Shown: positions 39,895-50,400, counted from the first letter of the stretch. The stretch is 64,000 nt of DNA from Hormiphora californensis (GCA_020137815.1 CM035358.1:1674001-1738000), one strand, 5' to 3'. The notes: a model not told the origin generated them from the letters alone. Made by a program: numbers and translations.

Positions 39895-40917
39895 TCAGCC
39901 ACATTTAATTACCCCCCTGCTAACCCAATATCGTCCATTCGGATTGTCTCGCCTCAGTCCTTTCACTGTATCAACGAGAGTTTTCCGTTCTCGCTGTTCC
40001 TCCGGTGTTAGGTCGGGGGAAAGAAACACCGAGGAAAATTTCTCTGAATCCCGGAGCTGCTTTGCTTTCCTGAGAAGCTGCAACAAGGTTTCCCTCCTTT
40101 CAAGGGTAACGATTACTGGTCTTGGTCGGTTATCAGTCTTTTCGCCGACTCGCTTTGTGGAAGTTATGACTGATTTTTCATTCAGCTCTGTAAAAATATC
40201 TCGAACTTCATGCTCAGTGGTTCTTGCAGTAGTTTCTGGTAGCCCAAACAAAACCAAATTCAGCTTTCGATCAGGAGTTGCTTCTTCTGTTGTACTTGTG
40301 GGAAGGGGCACTGACGCTTTCTTCCATGCTGCTTGGAGGCGGGATGGTGCAATAGCCGCTGAGCAGTTCTGGACAAGTACTTTGGAGTAGCCCTGCAATT
40401 GCTTCTGAACAGACTCCGACACCGAATTGAGTTTCTGACCTTGTACTTCAATCAAACTTTTTTGTGCTTCAATCAGCTTCTCTTGTAACTCAATCCTTGA
40501 TACCCGATGTTTATCAACCTCTTCCTTGAATGAGCCAAGCTCTTTTTGTACCTCCTTGAGTTTCCGATTACACTCCTCTAGTTCCCGACGTTCTTTCATA
40601 CGGACAGTTTCATCGTTATTTTTCATACATTGTCCAGCTTCCCTCGCTATCAGAAGAATATGACGGCAGAGGTTCTTGGTGAAGGCCATGAACTGATGTC
40701 CATTATAATTTTTTAAAGCGTAGTCTACTGGCAGTGATCGACTGGAATCCAAGAATAACATCCGCAGCTCTTCATCCACCTGATGGTGACTCGGTTTGGT
40801 TCCATTCCTGATTAACAAAACGTCTCTTACTGCATAACGAAGTAGTTCCATCACCGAGGGATCAACACATTTCAGTGGATCGGCATCTGCATCAGAGGTA
40901 TTGAGTTTCTCCGTCAT
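39895..40917 (-). CDS. LINE ORF1-like protein, 340 aa (coiled coil plus RRM-like/C-terminal domain)
   Basis: Intronless. Central coiled coil, then RKLNLVLFGLPE...RVG....RPRPVIVTL...LLRKAKQLR....VFLSPDLTPEEQRERKTL, typical of CR1/L2-group ORF1 proteins. Confidence 0.85.
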   Translation of the reverse strand: MTEKLNTSDADADPLKCVDPSVMELLRYAVRDVLLIRNGTKPSHHQVDEELRMLFLDSSRSLPVDYALKNYNGHQFMAFTKNLCRHILLIAREAGQCMKNNDETVRMKERRELEECNRKLKEVQKELGSFKEEVDKHRVSRIELQEKLIEAQKSLIEVQGQKLNSVSESVQKQLQGYSKVLVQNCSAAIAPSRLQAAWKKASVPLPTSTTEEATPDRKLNLVLFGLPETTARTTEHEVRDIFTELNEKSVITSTKRVGEKTDNRPRPVIVTLERRETLLQLLRKAKQLRDSEKFSSVFLSPDLTPEEQRERKTLVDTVKGLRRDNPNGRYWVSRGVIKCG

Positions 40918-40964
40918 AACTTCTTCCTGCCCCTACGGGCGGTCTCAACATCCTGAGGACATAT

Positions 40965-40998
40965 CTCAAATTAATTTGTTTAAAGTAGTGTTGAAAAG
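40965..40998 (-). other. 5'-truncated spliced-leader-like sequence
   Basis: Reverse complement is CTTTTCAACACTACTTTAAACAAATTAATTTGAG, identical to 13747-13780. Confidence 0.75.
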
Positions 40999-42315
40999 CG
41001 TCCTCCCGATCAAAACTCGCTTTCTAAAGCCGTTACAGGGGAATACTGCTAGCCACCTCTCGCAGCATTTAGGTCTAAGCACGAGTTCTGCCTTTAGACC
41101 CCAAAATTTGGCCCCTTTTACATTTAAGGATAGCTTTAAAGTACGAAAGTCGAAAACGAGTCAAAAATCTCAAAAAAGTTCACCATTTCAGAAAGAAACA
41201 AGCTCATATTATTTTAAGTTCGCGCGGCGCGCGCGTTCCTGTATTTTCAAAAAATGCAGCGCACAAATTATGAAAGAAGTTCTGGGAAAAAGAAACGGGC
41301 CAGAACGGTTTTTTTCTTCACGGAAGTTGTTCCCACAATTTTTTTAAAACGAAAACGGGCCAGAACGGTTTTTTTCTTCACGGAAGTTGTTCCCACAATT
41401 TTTTTAAAACGAAAAAACAACGAACTGCCTTGGAATGCGCTGCAGCCCCCTCATGCGCGCACCCCCGCAACGAGGGGACTGAAGGGAATGCCGCGCGCGC
41501 GTTTGGCCTGAGCTCAGGACGGGCCCAGCTGAGTCGAAGATAACTTTGCGAGCGAAAAAACGGCGGTGCTTATAACTTTGGCCCCTGAAGTCCGTTTGAC
41601 TTGATTCTTTCACTAGCTGTTAGATCTGACAATTATCTACCTTGCTGTTTTTGAGAGAAGTTAATTGGACTTCAGGAAGCTGAGCAATAACCGTTCAAAG
41701 ATGGGTTGTTTTCAAAAAGTGACGTCACGATTTTCCAACGTATGCCAAGTTTCAAATTTGAATTAAAATCTCGAATTTTTTTATTTTACCGCACTCGATT
41801 TTGCGGAGTTTGGTTCATATCTCCTGTTCCTGATAAGATAGAGACCTGAAACCGGTTGCATTTGAAAGCTGTTATCTTCCTCTTTCCAACGCTACCAAAA
41901 CGATTTCTGTACCTTATCTGGAACCGGAGATATACTCCATTTTTTTTCAACTGTTCACCCCCCAAAGTCGTGCGCGGAATTGTTTTGCGCGTCTATCACA
42001 TGTTAACGGAGGCGGGGTATCGAGATTTGGAATCATCAGCGTACAAAAGCACGCGCAAATACAAAGGCGCGCGCGGGCCTAAAATGCACGCGCGAGATAT
42101 CAAGCTAGGCCTATGCTAAGATCGTGTTAAGAGAATCGAACAAGCGCCTAAATCTTTGTCAATTCCCAAGTCCCCCATCTGTGTTGTTACTCACCTCTCA
42201 CTTACCTGATAGTTCTGCACAAGTTTAAAAAGTTTATTAAACGCACACCCAATCAACCTCAATACCGCCCTCCAACTGTAGTTTGACTATCTCCTACCCC
42301 TTGTTTCTCTCTGTC

Positions 42316-45300
42316 ATGCCTACAGCTACAGTCGAGCTTACTCTCCATCAGTTGAAATCTGTTATTGAACTGTTACATGACTCCTCGCAATACGGACGTG
42401 TTACAAATTCATTCGTTCATAGCGTTGGCGATGCTCTTCCTAAGTACAAGTTAAAGTTTTCTGAACAGAAACGAGTTACTAACAGTGTTCTGATTCGTTA
42501 TAAAGGACACTATGCTTATCTGAATAATGTAGTTACACCACTTGGCACCTGCATACAAATGTATTGCCTTCATAACTTCCCCCTTGTGTTGGAAGAAAAT
42601 CTAGACCCTGATCTTATTTCTGTTTTGTCTTATTTCTTTCCCCGGAGAGATACTTTATGTGTTACCCATCTGTCATCCCCAACCATGACTAGCTGTGACA
42701 TAAATGGGATATATTCAGCACTGCTTGCGTATTATGGACAATTTATGATAGCTCGTAAACCACGCCTAGATGTGCTACATGATTCATCCACATTCCAGTT
42801 GCTCTTACAAAATTTGGAAAGTTGTTCCGAATCAGAATTGTTTCTAGAGCACGACCCATCATTGGGACCGTTTTTTGTTTCTACTGATGATTTAGGTCTA
42901 GGCTTTAACGCCGACAGAGGCCCTGTTTTTGTTAAGAACATAACTTATACTCCCACGGACATTGTCGACGCTGTTTGTGTTGACCTTAACACTGTCGATT
43001 GGGATGATTGGACACCGCTATACAAGGGGCACGTGCATCCTTTGCTTCGCGTTGAGCATCAGCCCTTAGTTCTTAGTGATGATGAATCATCTTCTGAAGA
43101 TGAATCAAAGAATTCCAAAACAAAATCGTCTCTTGCTCAACAGTCTGCCCAGCAGAATGTTGAAATGCCTGGACGTGATGCTGACTTAGTCACATCTACC
43201 AAATCGTCTCTTGCTCAACAGTCTGCCCAGCAGAATGTTGAAATGCCTGGACGTGATGCTGACTTAGTCACATCTACCAAATCGTCTCTTGCTCAACAGT
43301 CTGCCCAGCAGAATGTTGAAATGCCTGGACGTGATGCTGACTTAGTCACATCTACCAAATCGTCTCTTGCTCAACAGTCTGCCCAGCAGAATGTTGAAAT
43401 GCATGGACGTGATGCTGACTTAGTCACATTCACCAAATCGTCTCTTGCTCAACAGTCTGCCCAGCAGAATGTTGAAATGCTTGGACGTGATGCTGACTTA
43501 GTCACATTCACCAAATCTTCTCTTGCTAAACAGTCTGCCCAGGAGAATGTTGAAATGCTTGGACGTGATGCTGACTTAGTCACATCTACAAGCCCGTCCT
43601 TTACTCATTACAATCAGAAAAAAGTTTTTACTCGACGAGTAGCTAAATCTGTTGTCACGCCGCTAAGAGCATCTCCTTCTTCACAGGGTGTGATTGACGG
43701 ATATTGTGATAACGCATTGCCATGTCCTTCTGTGGGTTATTCTGTCTCATTTACTGATAGTACTGCCACAATGAACTCCAAAAAAAGAAAAATATCTGGT
43801 AACCGAGATATTCTTTCAAACCGTCTCGAGAAAGATGACAAGATTGAGGCAAAACGAATCCGCACATACAGTGGCCGCGGGTCAAAATGTTCTAGCACGT
43901 TACAATCGTCTTCAATTCCAACCCCCAATTCTCTTAATGAAAGGGGTCGACTGTGTGTAAGAGATATATCAAATCTTGATCCATGTTATGGAACTGGACA
44001 AACATGTCGCACTAGAAAAGGGTGTGCTCAAAAGCATTTTCATTGTCCAAATTGTGGTTCAAGCCAAACGCAAATGCCGCGAGTTTTAGCCCACATGGAG
44101 AAGTGCACAATCACTTCTCCATTCACTTCTCCATTCCCAAAATGCAGTGGTACTGGAAGTACGTGTTATAAAAGAAAAGATGGTACCAAAAATGTACACT
44201 ATCACTGTACCAAATGTTCTTCTAGTCATGTAAGTCAGCAAAGAATATCTGATCACATAAAAACGTGCACTGGATTAAATACTGCTGAAAATGAGACCGC
44301 TTCCCAAAATGTTCAGCTAGTCTGTCATGTTAGCTCAGTTTATCTCGTGCGAAAGCAACATCGAGGCCCTGCAGCCCCTGTTCACGTTTATGTTGACAGC
44401 TCTGGGTCGGCATCACGATGCGAAAAATGTTATGATCCCGTAAAATCAAATGAAGGTAGATTGTGTGAACATATTGAGGCATGCCTTGATTACACAACAC
44501 CTTCCTCGGTAGATGATCTGATATCATCTGCATCCGACTTCTCCCAATTCTCAAATGGAGATAAACTTGCTGAATACTGTTCCTCATTGCAAGGTGATGG
44601 TATCGTTGTTTGCTCTTCTTACATTCCTAAAATAGATTCACAATGTTTTTATTTTAGCATTGCTGAAAAAGATATCCATCATTACAGCCGTTTAAACCGT
44701 GTTTTGGTAACGCAAAATCGAGAAAATGGCCGAATGTCATGTGCATGTAGAGCTAAAGAAGCACAATGTATTCATAAAAGACTTGCAACTATCGCACTTG
44801 CAGAAAACCATTCAGAATTACCTGACTGCACTGTTTCGTCTGTACAAGCAATTCCTGCCCAAATCGAGGAATGCTCACGTCAGGTGAAATATCTAGTTGA
44901 TTACAAACAGTTTCCTCCAATGGGGGAATGTGTTGCACCACAGACTATCAATTCTTTTGTGCCAAAAGAAGATACCTGTGTCTACTGTTCGGTGGCATTA
45001 CAGAACCATAAAACTCACTCCCATGGTGTGATTTTTGTTTTAAATAAAGACAGGAAAAAAAATGTTTCTGTTAGTACGAAAATCTGCCCGAGTTGCCAGC
45101 TTGTATTTAGATACAGTGAGCATTCTGACGGATATTTTAACTTTAATAACACGGCATTTTTTTCTATTCAGTTACTTGAACTTGCTGTGAATTTTTGGTT
45201 AGAGGGCACACCGATATCGAAAGTTTGGTCGTCCATTACTAAAACCAATATTGATTTATGCAACTCTAAACTGTTGCTAAATGCTGTCAAAGCATATATA

Positions 45301-47250
45301 TCAATTATAGATATGGACATCTGCAATTCAATGTTCTGTTATCAGTGTGGCTATTATCCACCTCTTCTAACATACGATACTGTTAGAAAAACATGTTTTG
45401 ATTTAAAAACAAAAGACCTGCGTCCTTCTTCTGAAAATTACAAAAGTTTTCAGGATTTACTTGTTGACGCAAGAAAGTATGATTTGGCAAGATGTTTCTT
45501 ACCTAAAAATATCCACTATCAAGCAAATCTCAATAACTTTAGAGTGAGATTAACGCCATCTTTCCCCCCACTCATTTGTCCCAAAAACATGGGAACTCTT
45601 CACGAATCCACTCGTGATGAGGTTATAAATGAACGGCCAAGAGATAAAATTTCATTTTGTCAGCTTGAAGAGATAGTGAAATCCAGTGACTCTCGTCAAC
45701 AGCTCACAAAACTTTGCAAGAAGTTTAAGATTGACACTGCTGGTGGAAAATCTCATATGATAGAAAGACTCAGTAAGCACTGTGAAGTTTCTTCCAATTC
45801 ATCTGATAAGATATGTAACGAAATTTATAAAAATTTCTTCAGCTATCCAGGAAAGTCGGGTGGCATTTTGCGAGGTTATTGCCCACACGGGGCACTGTAT
45901 GCAATAAAGTTTCTCTCTTATCCAGAGAGTGTTGCTGATTACACACAAGTAATGACATATTTTAAGACACCACCAACTATAAACAATAGTGACATGGCTC
46001 CAAAAATTGCAAAGCATACCAATTTGCATTACCCAGAGTTTTTCAATCCACATTGTGGTGCTATTGGTGATGATAAAGATCCCGAATCTGTTCTCTATAA
46101 GACAGGCAAAAAGATATTTGAGTTTGATATGTCTCTTTCCAAGAAAAAAGGCACTGGTGTAACCGACTCAGATGATCCATATCCTGTTTTTTCGATGTAT
46201 GATTGTTTTCATCAACACAATCATAAAGAAAAAAATAGACATTTGCGTTCGCTAGATTCAACCTCTTTGAAAGGGTGTGTCAACAGCTCGGTTGTTGAGC
46301 AACAAAACTCCTTAATAGAACGCTTGAATACTTCTGCTAATCAGATGTTTATCGAAACGCACATCAAGTTTGTATCGCTTTATAATTTGATGAAAAATAA
46401 GGAGTTAAACAAAAAATGGAAAGACTCACAAAAAAAGAAAGCCAGGGGCTGTGAGTTCATAACCAACACTTTGACTGGAATTCTAACTCCCGTTAATACC
46501 ATCGCCACCGAACAAACTGGTGCTTCATCAAGGCAAAGCCATTTCCAGATGCATCCAACTAACCAGTTGCCTGTTTTGCTGGGAAATTCTGCTAGTGGAC
46601 GTCTAAGGTTGACTGAAATACAGAAGAGAATTTTAGAAAGCCGTACTACGTATGATGATATTGTGATTAACTCATACGCTAATATGTGCTTAAACAGTAC
46701 TCAGTCACATGTACATTTTCAAGATGTTAATAACAGTAGTACTAGTGGCCCATACTTTAATGCTGGGGGCAGTAATTTTGTCCAGATTCTCAATGTCGAT
46801 AGTCCTGCTATCTCTGCTATCTCTGATGACTCGAAACACTGTCTTATCGTGTCAAATGTGTTATGCAACCCTGAAACTGTTCAGATCTTTGACCCTCATC
46901 ATATCCTACGTGATGATTTTGAGTTGAGTGAACATATATCCAAATGTGTTCTCCAGTTGCAACCATCTACTCAGACGGTAGAATTAATGAAATCACAGAT
47001 ATGCACCATCCAGGTAGACTCTTGTGATTGTGGCCCTTTGGTCCTTGCTTTTTTCTGGGCATTGAGCAACAAGAAGCACCCACTTCAGTTCCACCCTTTA
47101 ATAAGGGCTGGACGTGTAAGAAAATGTGTTAAGTCGTCACTTTTGAAGGATGTCTTTGAACCACCAACTAATAAACAGTCATCTGATAATCCCATTGTGA
47201 TATATCAGAAGTATACTTTCTGTGATGATAAATTTGTGTCTTCACAATAA
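42316..47250 (+). CDS. KDZ (Kyakuja-Dileera-Zisupton)/HMGXB3-like transposase with Zn fingers, SWIM-like motifs, SAP and a C-terminal Ulp1-like protease (1644 aa from ATG 42316)
   Basis: HFHCPNC..H..C fingers x2; CACRAKEAQCIH (SWIM-like); CxC5-like VPKEDTCVYC...KICPSC...YSEHSDGYFNFNN; FCYQCGYYPPLLTYD; SAP-like LTKLCKKFKIDTAGGKSHMIERL; KDZ core SGGILRGYCPHGALYAIKFL..PES..DY, NSDMA, YDCFH, NSSVVEQ; protease QILNV..H..FD..Q..DCG. Confidence 0.85.
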   Translation: MPTATVELTLHQLKSVIELLHDSSQYGRVTNSFVHSVGDALPKYKLKFSEQKRVTNSVLIRYKGHYAYLNNVVTPLGTCIQMYCLHNFPLVLEENLDPDLISVLSYFFPRRDTLCVTHLSSPTMTSCDINGIYSALLAYYGQFMIARKPRLDVLHDSSTFQLLLQNLESCSESELFLEHDPSLGPFFVSTDDLGLGFNADRGPVFVKNITYTPTDIVDAVCVDLNTVDWDDWTPLYKGHVHPLLRVEHQPLVLSDDESSSEDESKNSKTKSSLAQQSAQQNVEMPGRDADLVTSTKSSLAQQSAQQNVEMPGRDADLVTSTKSSLAQQSAQQNVEMPGRDADLVTSTKSSLAQQSAQQNVEMHGRDADLVTFTKSSLAQQSAQQNVEMLGRDADLVTFTKSSLAKQSAQENVEMLGRDADLVTSTSPSFTHYNQKKVFTRRVAKSVVTPLRASPSSQGVIDGYCDNALPCPSVGYSVSFTDSTATMNSKKRKISGNRDILSNRLEKDDKIEAKRIRTYSGRGSKCSSTLQSSSIPTPNSLNERGRLCVRDISNLDPCYGTGQTCRTRKGCAQKHFHCPNCGSSQTQMPRVLAHMEKCTITSPFTSPFPKCSGTGSTCYKRKDGTKNVHYHCTKCSSSHVSQQRISDHIKTCTGLNTAENETASQNVQLVCHVSSVYLVRKQHRGPAAPVHVYVDSSGSASRCEKCYDPVKSNEGRLCEHIEACLDYTTPSSVDDLISSASDFSQFSNGDKLAEYCSSLQGDGIVVCSSYIPKIDSQCFYFSIAEKDIHHYSRLNRVLVTQNRENGRMSCACRAKEAQCIHKRLATIALAENHSELPDCTVSSVQAIPAQIEECSRQVKYLVDYKQFPPMGECVAPQTINSFVPKEDTCVYCSVALQNHKTHSHGVIFVLNKDRKKNVSVSTKICPSCQLVFRYSEHSDGYFNFNNTAFFSIQLLELAVNFWLEGTPISKVWSSITKTNIDLCNSKLLLNAVKAYISIIDMDICNSMFCYQCGYYPPLLTYDTVRKTCFDLKTKDLRPSSENYKSFQDLLVDARKYDLARCFLPKNIHYQANLNNFRVRLTPSFPPLICPKNMGTLHESTRDEVINERPRDKISFCQLEEIVKSSDSRQQLTKLCKKFKIDTAGGKSHMIERLSKHCEVSSNSSDKICNEIYKNFFSYPGKSGGILRGYCPHGALYAIKFLSYPESVADYTQVMTYFKTPPTINNSDMAPKIAKHTNLHYPEFFNPHCGAIGDDKDPESVLYKTGKKIFEFDMSLSKKKGTGVTDSDDPYPVFSMYDCFHQHNHKEKNRHLRSLDSTSLKGCVNSSVVEQQNSLIERLNTSANQMFIETHIKFVSLYNLMKNKELNKKWKDSQKKKARGCEFITNTLTGILTPVNTIATEQTGASSRQSHFQMHPTNQLPVLLGNSASGRLRLTEIQKRILESRTTYDDIVINSYANMCLNSTQSHVHFQDVNNSSTSGPYFNAGGSNFVQILNVDSPAISAISDDSKHCLIVSNVLCNPETVQIFDPHHILRDDFELSEHISKCVLQLQPSTQTVELMKSQICTIQVDSCDCGPLVLAFFWALSNKKHPLQFHPLIRAGRVRKCVKSSLLKDVFEPPTNKQSSDNPIVIYQKYTFCDDKFVSSQ
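43123..43590 (+). repeat. In-frame 78-bp (26-aa) tandem repeat x6 inside the transposase ORF
   Basis: KSSLAQQSAQQNVEMPGRDADLVTST units start at 43123, 43201 and so on. Confidence 0.95.
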
Positions 47251-47269
47251 GTTATTTATTTTATTTCAG

Positions 47270-47520
47270 ACGTACAGCTCAATGATGTTTCATTTGAGTG
47301 ATCATATTTTCAATCAGTAAGCGTTGTGAAAACACAAGTTACTGTATTGACTGAGGATAAATGTGGTTGTGGCCCAATGGTACTTGCTTTCTTTTGGGCT
47401 TTATGTATAAAAATGTTTCCACTTCAGTTCCACCCTTACATTAGGAATGGGCGTATTAGAAAAGTTCTAAGTGATGTATTTCAACCCTCTATAACTAATC
47501 AGCAATCTGTTACACTATTT
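47270..47520 (+). pseudogene. Degenerate duplicate of the Ulp1-like C-terminus
   Basis: CGCGPMVLAFFWALCIKMFPLQFHPYIRNGRIRK versus CDCGPLVLAFFWALSNKKHPLQFHPLIRAGRVRK in the main ORF. Confidence 0.75.
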
Positions 47521-48251
47521 GTAATGGTCAGTTTGTGTGGATGTAATCGATTCTGTCTAGCTTTAATGTTTTGTAAATGATACATATTATGTACTACACT
47601 ACGAAATCATCCAAACGTTTTTGATAAAGCTTTTTCTAACCAAAACAACATTTTAGCATGGTATTGTTCTAGAATTTGGGGCTAAACATGAAATTGGATG
47701 TGTCTTCATTTCATCTGTGTTGTGTGGTAATTTGGCAGTCGATATAAGTCCTTGGTGCCAGGTGGATTTAGTTAGTACTATTTTCAAAGCAGTGGTCGAG
47801 GAGAGCTGTACACTGATCTTTTCTACTGTTACACTGTCGAATGAAAAGGAACTCTTCTTACAGATCCCGGTAAGAGGGGTAAGAGATATCCGACAATTTT
47901 ATCAAAATTTTTACCACCAACACACATAGCCCTTCTAGACTAGGCTGTCCTTACCTAATCCCTTTCCATTAGGTTTTCCTTACCTTATCCCTTTCCACCA
48001 GGTTGTACTGCACGTAGCTGAGTACGGGTTCAGTAGCCGGAGTGTCCTTGGATCAGGATGGTCAAAAGACCACGTAAAGGTCGAGGGAGACGCAGTCACA
48101 TTCTCATTTGAGATGAGGAGTGGACGGGAACATAACACTCGTGATCGGGCTATCTGGGGGTTTGCATGCACTGTTGGAGCACAGTAATCAGGTATTATAG
48201 TAGCCTGAGGATAATTCTGCCAAAAAAACTAACAGAAATTATTAATAACCA

Positions 48252-49655
48252 TTAAAGTGAGAGAGAACAGCCCCGATTTTGATAAAACTTGGTCAGAATA
48301 GTGTTTGGTGTCTAATTAGAAGTCAAAAAAATTTTTAGTGCTCAAATCCTAAATTTAGGATTTTTTGGTTTTTCGGCTTTTCGGTTTTTATGGGTTTCAG
48401 AAACAAAATGAATAAAACCATCTTTCTCGGCATTAAATTCTGCATCGATTATAGTGGTTATAAACCTTTCTATGACGTAAGGTTCAGAAGTTATCGCGAA
48501 AAAGCCCAAACGGGTACATGTGTTAGGGGCGGGTTCATGTTTTAGGCTAACCGGCGAACCTCTTGTCAAAACACCATGTTATATATAGGGTGTCAATCGA
48601 CGCGTATTGATAAGGAGATCATTTTAGTGAAAATTATTTTGATCTGCGATGTCTGTGTAACGAATGAAACCTAAAAAACGTTACCACACGGGTATGCTTC
48701 ATTCAGTAAGGTTTTTTAGGTTTCATTCGTTACACAGACATCGCAGATCAAAATAATTTTCACTAAAATGATCTCCTTATCAATACGCGTCGATTGACAC
48801 CCTATAACATGGTGTTCTGACAAGAGGTTCGCCGGTTAGCCTAAAACATGAACCCGCCCCTAACACATGTACCCGTTTGGGCTTTTTCGCGATAACTTCT
48901 GAACCTTACGTCATAGAAAGGTTTATAACCACTATAATCGATGCAGAATTTAATGCCGAGAAAGATGGTTTTATTCATTTTGTTCTAGAACGTTCCTGAA
49001 ACCCATAAATGCCGAAAAACCAAAAAATCCTAAATTTAGGATTTGAGCACCAAAAATGTTTTCCCTGCCCGGGTGAATGCCGAAGGCATTCACCCGGATG
49101 CCTTTTTACTTTGTAAAAAGGCATAGCAGGGTTAGAATTCGAAAACGACATTTTGGTATACTAACTAATCGGTAGAGGGACCATTTTGGTCACACTTTAG
49201 TTGCGAGGGGCAACGGTGTAGCAACAAGAGCCGCGCACACAGTTACGAGCTGCTCCTTCATAAACCACTTCATTGGCACGTTTTCAGGAAATGTATGGCG
49301 CGCAATGTGGTGGCGTGGCGCGCAATTTAGTGCTACTAAAACACAATGATTTGCTCTATACTGTTTGTGTGATATATAAATGATCGGGATTTTGTGTCCC
49401 GCTTGCTGCTACTGCAGCGGATCTGGTCATGATTTCCTTTCTTCATAGATTCACATGGCAGCTGTCAGGCCAATGCTCTGACCACAGTTCTTGCGCGAAC
49501 GAGAATGGGTCAGGCCAATGGTCTGACAGCATGGCAGGGAAATTCAGCATTATGTTAGAACATAATGCAATTAATCTTGTTTGACTTCTAATTAGACACC
49601 AAACACTATTCTGACCAAGTTTCATCAAAATCGGGGCTGTTCTCTCTCACTTTAA
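48252..49655. mobile_element. TTAA-flanked (Kolobok-like) non-autonomous element containing a ~710-bp internal palindrome (48338-49050)
   Basis: TTAA-AGTGAGAGAGAACAGCCCCGATTTTG... ~75-bp TIRs. The internal arms gtgctcaaatcctaaatttagg...aaacctaaaaaac are mirrored at ~48710-49050. Confidence 0.85.
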
Positions 49656-49895
49656 TTAGAAATCTCCAATCGATACTCTTTTCTCGCACTCCCTTGTCTG
49701 TTTAACACTTGAACACTCATCCGTCAGAGATACACATCTTCAAAACTCAGAGTAATTCCATCAATATCCACCTACATCCACCAATATCCGCCGAAATTGA
49801 GGATTACTGCTAGATTGGTTAGAGGTTCTATTGTTTAAACTAATTCAATGGGGTCTGTTTGAAGAACTACTTTTACATATATTTAGAGTGCGTAG

Positions 49896-50400
49896 TAGGG
49901 GTTGCTATTTTAAATTTTTTTGAATACACAAGACTTGCACGTCTATTGGGGTGTTCGGGGAGGGAGGTGGACATGATAATGTGTTAATCATGTTAACCCT
50001 TCACCACGGTTTTGAATTAACATATTTAACATCGATTAACAAGATGAGAAAATCTTTAGAAATCGGCCTGGTGAAGTTATTGAATGTTGCTCTATATTCT
50101 ATACAACTGCACAATTATTTATTAGACAGTTTGGTGGTCCGGCATACAAGTTTTTTGGCTCAAAATCGATGATTTTCCACAAGTTACAAATGTTGTAAAG
50201 TCGGATTTTTTGAAACTGTCGCCCCCCTGGGTGGCACACAAGTTTTTATTTGCGCCTTGGAAACTTGTTTTCGCTCTCACGCCTTTGTTTCTTGACCAAT
50301 TTCGTCAAACCAAAGTTTTACGGACTCACAAAATTATGCTCTTTCCGATGATATACCAGACTGAATGTTCAAAAACGATTTTTCAACTAAGCAACCCCTA
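49896..50400. mobile_element. hAT-type MITE with 8-bp TSD
   Basis: GTGCGTAG-TAGGGGTTGC ... GCAACCCCTA-GTGCGTAG. Confidence 0.9.

Larger units (their letters stand above)
39770..40998 (-). mobile_element. ORF1-only retroposon: SL-like 5' end, intact ORF1-like CDS, short 3' UTR and (TAA)n tail
   Basis: Minus strand reads SL-like 34-mer (40998-40965), 47-nt UTR, ORF 40917-39895, ~110-nt UTR, then taataataataat. No ORF2. Confidence 0.7.

Noticed and set aside
39872-40390. 172-aa + strand ORF
   Set aside because: Antisense shadow of the ORF1-like CDS.
41000-48250. Terminal inverted repeats and TSD of the KDZ element
   Set aside because: Could not be identified by eye, so element boundaries are not called.
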